This document shows, one piece after another, positions 58,753-64,000 of a stretch of DNA of 64,000 nt. A model generated the notes under the pieces. That model made no database searches. It was given only the letters and a program-made list of their open reading frames with translations, and had not been told where the DNA came from. How positions within the stretch are numbered: position 1 is the stretch's first letter; each line of letters begins with the position of its first letter. The position numbers and the translations under genes were made by a program. Origin of the DNA: Chitinophagaceae bacterium (lineage in GTDB: Bacteria > Bacteroidota > Bacteroidia > Chitinophagales > Chitinophagaceae); the NCBI GenBank assembly GCA_037045195.1, contig JBAOIB010000002.1, positions 232,023-296,022 of the forward strand, read 5' to 3'.

Positions 58753-59046
58753 ATGAAATTTTTTTTTGTACTCCTGTTTTCTGTTTTTATAACTACACTT
58801 TCTTCTTGTGGTAAAGGCTCATCGTTTGAAAATGAAGTAAGAAATCTCGCCGAGCTCCGTTGTAAGGAAATGCAATTGTTGGTAAAAGAAGCTACGGATG
58901 TATCCGTTCAAATTGATCTGAGAGCAATACAACAGCAGATAAAAGATAAATTACAATCCATTAAGGAAAAATTTAAAGACTATGATGCAGAAATGAGTAA
59001 AAGAGGTGATGCCATTATGGAAGAAGTAATGAAAAAATGTAAATAG
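58753..59046 (+). CDS. Hypothetical small lipoprotein
   Basis: MKFFFVLLFSVFITTLSSCGKGS lipobox and a helical, charged body. Confidence 0.55.
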   Translation: MKFFFVLLFSVFITTLSSCGKGSSFENEVRNLAELRCKEMQLLVKEATDVSVQIDLRAIQQQIKDKLQSIKEKFKDYDAEMSKRGDAIMEEVMKKCK

Positions 59047-59090
59047 AAAAGTTTTATTCTTTGAAGTGAAGCTCTTTTAGAATATTCAAA

Positions 59091-59747
59091 TTACCAACTG
59101 GCAATCACGGTTACACCACCCTTGGGTTTGTCACCAAGTTTTACATGAATCTTTGTATCCAATGGTAATAATAAATCTACACGAGAGCCAAATTTAATAA
59201 ATCCCATTTCATTGCCCTGCGTTACCTGCATACCCGGGTTTAAATAGTTGCAAATTCTCTTGGCCAATGCACCGGCTATTTGTTTTATTAATATTTCTTT
59301 TCCATTTTGCTTATAAACAACTGAATGACGCTCATTTTCTGTAGATGATTTAGGATGCCAGGCTACTAAATATTTTCCTTTGTGGTATTGGCTATACAGC
59401 ACTTCTCCGCTTACAGGATTACGATTAACATGCACATTCAAGGGGCTCATGAAAATGGAAATCTGTATCCTTCGGTCATTAAAATATTCATCAGCCTGTA
59501 CTTCTTCAATTGTTACCACTTTGCCATCTGCCGGCGCAATAATTGCATTATCCTGTATGGTGAGGTTTCTTTTAGGGATTCTGAAAAATGAAATTAAAAA
59601 TATGAGCAATCCCAAAGTAGCTAAGAAAATAATCCAGCTTAACCAGGGTAGTTGATCGCTTAAAAAATAGAATGATAACAAATTGATAGTGCCAAAAATG
59701 AAAGCCCCTATCGCAATACTTTTATATCCTTCTTTATGAATGGTCAT
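59091..59747 (-). CDS. psd: Phosphatidylserine decarboxylase proenzyme
   Basis: N-terminal TM segments and the FGSRVDLLLP self-cleavage region. Adjacent to cdsA. Confidence 0.88.
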   Translation of the reverse strand: MTIHKEGYKSIAIGAFIFGTINLLSFYFLSDQLPWLSWIIFLATLGLLIFLISFFRIPKRNLTIQDNAIIAPADGKVVTIEEVQADEYFNDRRIQISIFMSPLNVHVNRNPVSGEVLYSQYHKGKYLVAWHPKSSTENERHSVVYKQNGKEILIKQIAGALAKRICNYLNPGMQVTQGNEMGFIKFGSRVDLLLPLDTKIHVKLGDKPKGGVTVIASW

Positions 59748-59801
59748 TTGGCAAATATAAGTAATGGTAGTTGCTTAGTATTCAGTAGAAATTTTCTTTA
59801 T

Positions 59802-60686
59802 TTATTGCAAAGCAATTTTCATATAAACCCAAACAGCAGGAACTGCAAAAAGCAGCGAATCAAACCTGTCTAAAAAGCCACCATGTCCTGGCAAAAAATT
59901 GCCACTGTCTTTTGCGCCAGCCATTCGTTTGATTTTACTTTCAAATAAATCTCCAATAGTGCCTGCGATAGCTGCAATTGCGGGTATTACAAACCAATGA
60001 AAATTGTCGGAATTTTTTTTCAAACCAAAAACGTACAAATCTATAAGTCCCATTACTACTATGGCTAATAACATACCGCCTAATGTTCCTTCCCAGGTCT
60101 TTTTTGGCGATATTTTAGATAATGGGGTTTTCCCAATTAATGAGCCGACTATATATGCCATTGTATCATTGATCCAGATGCTGAATAAAATAATCATGGG
60201 AAAAATAACGGCGGTATAGAAAGTCGTAGAGCTCTTTTCTACTTCGATGTTCATACCATATAAATCAATCATCAGGCCACAGCTTAGTGAAATATAGAGT
60301 AAACCACCTAATGCAGCTATAAATGAAAATGGCTTTACCGAATTTTGAAGATAGAGTCCTAAGATTACTAAAATAAAACCAGCAGCAGAAACAGGAATGG
60401 GCAGATTATATTTTAAATAGCAACTACCAATTTGAAACTGTGCGCCACAAAACCAAAGCAACAAGCTGTAGCCCATTGCCATAAAGCCCAATTTAGTATA
60501 TGTATGAAATTTAGTGACATGAATTTTTTCTAATAATTTTAAAAACTCCCACCAGCAACCAAAATGTATCAAGCTAAAAAGCAATAAGAAACTCCAGGCA
60601 TTCCACCAAAACCCAAGCAGCATAGTTGCCGCAAATAGTAATGCAGTAATAGTTCTGGTTTTGAAAACGGTGACATTTAATGCCAT
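59802..60686 (-). CDS. cdsA: Phosphatidate cytidylyltransferase
   Basis: CdsA signature SKIKRMAGAKDSGNFLPGHGGFLDRFDS. Confidence 0.92.
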   Translation of the reverse strand: MALNVTVFKTRTITALLFAATMLLGFWWNAWSFLLLFSLIHFGCWWEFLKLLEKIHVTKFHTYTKLGFMAMGYSLLLWFCGAQFQIGSCYLKYNLPIPVSAAGFILVILGLYLQNSVKPFSFIAALGGLLYISLSCGLMIDLYGMNIEVEKSSTTFYTAVIFPMIILFSIWINDTMAYIVGSLIGKTPLSKISPKKTWEGTLGGMLLAIVVMGLIDLYVFGLKKNSDNFHWFVIPAIAAIAGTIGDLFESKIKRMAGAKDSGNFLPGHGGFLDRFDSLLFAVPAVWVYMKIALQ

Positions 60687-60707
60687 TTCAAATTTGTTAG
60701 AGGTTTC

Positions 60708-61682
60708 TTATTCTGGTACGTTTTCGTCAATATCAAATGGATGATTTTTTGTGTTCAAATCTTCCTCATACCATTTTTGGTAATTAGTTTTTGATTTTTT
60801 GATCATCCACCTTGTTAAGAAAAAAGTTGCTGTTAAACTTACAATTGCAGGCAACAAAAGTTCCTGTGGCTTGATTCCTGCTATTGAATCATTCGCCATT
60901 TCGGGTTTAAAATAAATTAATGTAATCAACAAAGCATCATAAGCAAAATGTGCTACCATAGCTGCCCACAGGCTACCACTGTACCAATAGATAATTCCTA
61001 ACAAAACACCTAAAGCAAATCGTGGAAAGAAGCCATAAAACTGCATGTGAATGGCTGAGAATAAAATAGCAGTAACTATTATTCCAGCCCAATGATTTTT
61101 AAACATCTTGGTCAGTAATCTTTGAGCCATTCCTCTAAACAATAACTCTTCGCCCACAGCAGCCAATCCGGCAATACATATAATATTTAAAATAAGATCT
61201 TTAATCGTATGACGCGATACCAGCAAATTAATGGTTCGCTGTGCATCCGCCTCCGACTTAGTGATCCACTGTTCTATATTTTCTGGTAGTGGAATATTCC
61301 GGTTCATCAACCCCAGATAGTTTGTAAACGGAATAGCAACTATCAAAGCCAAACTTCCCGCCAAAAAATAAAGTTGATGTTCCGGTTTTTTTAAACCAAG
61401 ATATTTGTTGCGTTCATTACTAAAAAGCCGGGCACAAATAAAAACCGGCACAACAAATAAAGCGATAAACTGCACTATCTGCATTCCTCTTATCAATGAA
61501 ATTGTTGCAGGATTGTTTAGATCCCATTTAGAGGGATCGCCAATGGATTCTATTCCGATGCCAGTAATGGCAGAAAGTAATAAAGTGCCAAAAAAGCCAA
61601 TGATAAACAGACTAGCTAAAGCAATAGAAATAAATATGATAAACTGCGATAGAGGAGATCTGGATTTTAACATACCCGTCAT
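60708..61682 (-). CDS. CPBP-family (CAAX) intramembrane metalloprotease
   Basis: EELLFRG and FSAIH motifs plus HFAYD. The start is placed at the internal ATG 61682 (MTGMLKSRSPLSQFIIF...) because the longer ORF overlaps dusB and encodes a non-membrane, low-complexity extension. Confidence 0.75.
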   Translation of the reverse strand: MTGMLKSRSPLSQFIIFISIALASLFIIGFFGTLLLSAITGIGIESIGDPSKWDLNNPATISLIRGMQIVQFIALFVVPVFICARLFSNERNKYLGLKKPEHQLYFLAGSLALIVAIPFTNYLGLMNRNIPLPENIEQWITKSEADAQRTINLLVSRHTIKDLILNIICIAGLAAVGEELLFRGMAQRLLTKMFKNHWAGIIVTAILFSAIHMQFYGFFPRFALGVLLGIIYWYSGSLWAAMVAHFAYDALLITLIYFKPEMANDSIAGIKPQELLLPAIVSLTATFFLTRWMIKKSKTNYQKWYEEDLNTKNHPFDIDENVPE

Positions 61683-61743
61683 TATGTAACTCAGATTTTG
61701 GTTTGTAAATTTGTCGCTTATTCCCCAAAAGGGGTTTTTAAAG

Positions 61744-62799
61744 ATGGTAAAGATAGGCAACATAGAAATTCCTGACCCATTGGGTATCAACTTCCCGCTA
61801 TTGCTGGCTCCTATGGAGGATGTAAGTGACCCGCCTTTTCGTGCAGTATGCAAAGACAATGGCGCCGATTTGATGTACACAGAGTTTATATCTTCTGAAG
61901 GCTTGATAAGAGATGCGATCAAAAGCAGAAAGAAACTGGACATTTTTGATTATGAAAGACCGGTAGGTATTCAAATTTTTGGTGGCGATGAAGAAAGTCT
62001 TTCCTTGGCAGCAAAAATTGTAGAAGTAACTAATCCTGATTTATTGGACATAAACTTTGGTTGCCCTGTTAAAAAAGTTGCCCTGAAAGGTGCCGGTGCC
62101 GGCGTGTTGCGTGATGTGGATTTGATGGTAAGACTTACTGAAGCCGTAGTAAAATCTACTAACCTGCCCGTAACCGTTAAAACAAGATTGGGATGGGATG
62201 ATAAAACCAAAAATATTGAAGAAGTAGCTAAGCGATTGCAGGATGTAGGCATTAAAGCTTTGGCAATACATGGCCGCACCCGCACTCAAATGTATAAAGG
62301 CGAAGCAGACTGGACACTGATTGGAAAAGTAAAAAACAATCCACGTATTCATATACCCATTTTTGGCAATGGCGATATTGATAGTCCTGAAAAAGCGTTA
62401 GAATATAAAAACAGGTATGGTGTAGATGGAGTGATGATAGGCCGTGCGGCAATCGGTTATCCCTGGATATTTAATGAAATAAAACATTTTATAAAAACAG
62501 GAGAGTACCTGCCGCCACCGTCCATTAAAGACAGGCTGATAGTGTGCCGCAAACATTTACAAAGATCAATTGAGTGGAAAGGACCTGTAGTAGGCATCAA
62601 CGAGATGAGAAGACACTATGCAAACTACTTAAAAGGTTTGCCCAATATCCGTGAGTTTCGATACAAACTTGTAACATTGAAAACCGAAGCAGAAATCAAT
62701 GAAGTATTTGATGATATTGCCCGTACATATTCAGGTTTTCATTTTGAAAAAACAGCTATTGAGCTGGTGAACTATCATGAAAAATGCCCGGTTGAATAA
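61744..62799 (+). CDS. dusB: tRNA-dihydrouridine synthase
   Basis: LLLAPMEDVSDPPFR and DINFGCPVKKV motifs. First ATG at 61744. Confidence 0.9.
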   Translation: MVKIGNIEIPDPLGINFPLLLAPMEDVSDPPFRAVCKDNGADLMYTEFISSEGLIRDAIKSRKKLDIFDYERPVGIQIFGGDEESLSLAAKIVEVTNPDLLDINFGCPVKKVALKGAGAGVLRDVDLMVRLTEAVVKSTNLPVTVKTRLGWDDKTKNIEEVAKRLQDVGIKALAIHGRTRTQMYKGEADWTLIGKVKNNPRIHIPIFGNGDIDSPEKALEYKNRYGVDGVMIGRAAIGYPWIFNEIKHFIKTGEYLPPPSIKDRLIVCRKHLQRSIEWKGPVVGINEMRRHYANYLKGLPNIREFRYKLVTLKTEAEINEVFDDIARTYSGFHFEKTAIELVNYHEKCPVE

Positions 62800-62804
62800 C
62801 TTAA

Positions 62805-63050
62805 TTATTTCTTTTTTTCAATATTAAAGAATCCATAAATCGAAACAAGAAACCAGGTTCCTTCTAAAATAACAAAAGGCCAGTACTTTATCATATATGA
62901 AGCAAGACAAGCAATACCAGAGCCAAGAATATTTAGAGTAATAAAAATTTTATTATCTGAAGTGAGTTTGCCAATTACGTTTAAAAAATAGGCGATAAGA
63001 ATAAGGGCCACTCCAAAAATGCCAATAAGATCTGAAAGAGACATATACAA
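62805..63050 (-). CDS. Hypothetical small membrane protein (three TM segments)
   Basis: 81 aa, almost entirely hydrophobic helices (IGIFGVALILIAYFLNVIG...). Confidence 0.5.
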   Translation of the reverse strand: MYMSLSDLIGIFGVALILIAYFLNVIGKLTSDNKIFITLNILGSGIACLASYMIKYWPFVILEGTWFLVSIYGFFNIEKKK

Positions 63051-63088
63051 ATTTTAGCTATAAATTTACTCCGAAGAACTCAATCATT

Positions 63089-63532
63089 ATGTCAGCAGCC
63101 ATAAAAAATAAACCGACTTCCAAAAGGAAAACCTGGGCAGAGAAAATGCTACCCGATAAAGTAGCAGTTGTAAAAATATGTGAATCTGATTTTGCAGATA
63201 TTCCCGCTGGCAGCACAATGTTGATAGCGACTCCAACGATTGTAGATAAATACATTCGACAAATACCAAAGGGAAAATTTACCGATATTAAACAAATAAG
63301 GAAGGATTTGGCAGCTGAAAATAATGCTGATTACAGTTGCCCGGTAACAACTGGTATATTCCTGCGTATTGTTTCAGAAAATGCTAATGAAGAGTTGCAA
63401 AAAGGAAAGTCGATAAATAAAATAACACCATTTTGGAGAGTACTGAATGCGAAATCACCGGCTGCAAAAAAATTAAGCTTTGGAACTGATTTATTGATTC
63501 AGCAGCAAAAAAATGAAGGCATCATCAAGTAG
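63089..63532 (+). CDS. Hypothetical protein with an MGMT/ATL-like DNA-binding-domain pattern but no active-site cysteine motif
   Basis: IVDKYIRQIPKGKFTDIKQIRKDLA...CPVTTGIFLRIV...ITPFWRVLN resembles the ..IP.G.v.tY..iA.....P...G..lr....PchRVv layout. PFWR replaces PCHR. Confidence 0.35.
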   Translation: MSAAIKNKPTSKRKTWAEKMLPDKVAVVKICESDFADIPAGSTMLIATPTIVDKYIRQIPKGKFTDIKQIRKDLAAENNADYSCPVTTGIFLRIVSENANEELQKGKSINKITPFWRVLNAKSPAAKKLSFGTDLLIQQQKNEGIIK

Positions 63533-63998
63533 TCATTTTGTAAAAAGATTCCAATCCTTTTACATATTTATCAGATCGCTTCCAGGTGATGTAGCCTGTA
63601 ATAAGAACGAGCGTTGACATAATCGTAAGCGTAAGCCCCATCCCTTTTCGGAAAAATGAAAATCTGCAGGTGTCGCCTTCACAAACTATATAAAAGCGAA
63701 AAAATAAAGCCATACCAAAAAGAGCAAGAAAAATGAATAACCAGCGATATGATTTGAGGTTTTTCAGTAATAATGTCATTCTGGGTAGCTCCTCATCTCT
63801 CAACTTTGCAGGATACATATCGTAGGCATATACATTTCTTTTTCGGCGAGCATCACTACGGCGATAGTGAGTATAACCAAATGCAAATAATAAAATACCC
63901 AGAACAACGGGTGGCAAGGCTGCGCCATAGTAATAAGATGTAGCACCAATAAAAAACAAAACAACTCCTGAAAAAACTGCCAGCACTCCTGCTATCAT
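63525..63998 (-). CDS. Hypothetical membrane protein. The start is at or beyond the window edge.
   Basis: Four hydrophobic segments. The listed ATG is 2 nt from the window end, so the true start cannot be verified. Confidence 0.45.
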   Translation of the reverse strand: MIAGVLAVFSGVVLFFIGATSYYYGAALPPVVLGILLFAFGYTHYRRSDARRKRNVYAYDMYPAKLRDEELPRMTLLLKNLKSYRWLFIFLALFGMALFFRFYIVCEGDTCRFSFFRKGMGLTLTIMSTLVLITGYITWKRSDKYVKGLESFYKMTT

Positions 63999-64000
63999 AT

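Noticed and set aside
61683-61943. N-terminal 87-codon extension of the CPBP protease ORF
   Set aside because: It overlaps the dusB 5' end on the opposite strand and encodes a Ser/Gly-rich non-membrane stretch. The internal ATG at 61682 starts directly with the first TM helix.

Overview
This is a 64-kb chromosomal window from a Bacteroidota genome. The assignment rests on gldC, T9SS C-terminal sorting domains, DUF4290-murA, and the conserved CBS / BamA-like / nadK / DUF6089 / uppS / bamA / ompH / ompH / murI cluster. Spot counts give roughly 40% GC in genes. Most of the window is housekeeping (asd, serC, murA, nadK, uppS, bamA, murI, rpmH, rnpA-yidD, psd, cdsA, dusB, gldC), with six accessory or anomalous patches. 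(1) 1-14.0 kb holds a 5'-truncated giant (>2,660 aa) PPC/PKD/CARDB repeat surface protein with no sorting domain. It is followed 23 nt later by a Sec-signal RHS/YD-repeat toxin gene broken by a 1-nt frameshift, then ~295 nt of stop-riddled coding-like DNA, then a T9SS-CTD-bearing ORF with no signal peptide. (2) A free-standing NUMOD4/HNH homing-endonuclease-like gene sits at the end of a TetR/PaaE-like operon. (3) An AT-rich ~2-kb island of three overlapping lipoprotein genes lies behind a G10 tract. (4) A TetR-TolC-MFP-RND efflux operon has an in-frame TGA in its RND gene. (5) A ~136-bp composite tandem repeat with a G-poor top strand lies at 49.05-49.39 kb. (6) A tripartite HTH / HipS-like / HipT-like (HipBST-type) toxin-antitoxin module sits on the opposite strand between rpmH and rnpA-yidD, with three phased direct repeats in its promoter. 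I found no rRNA, tRNA or CRISPR array. All domain calls come from motif recognition by eye, not from database searches.
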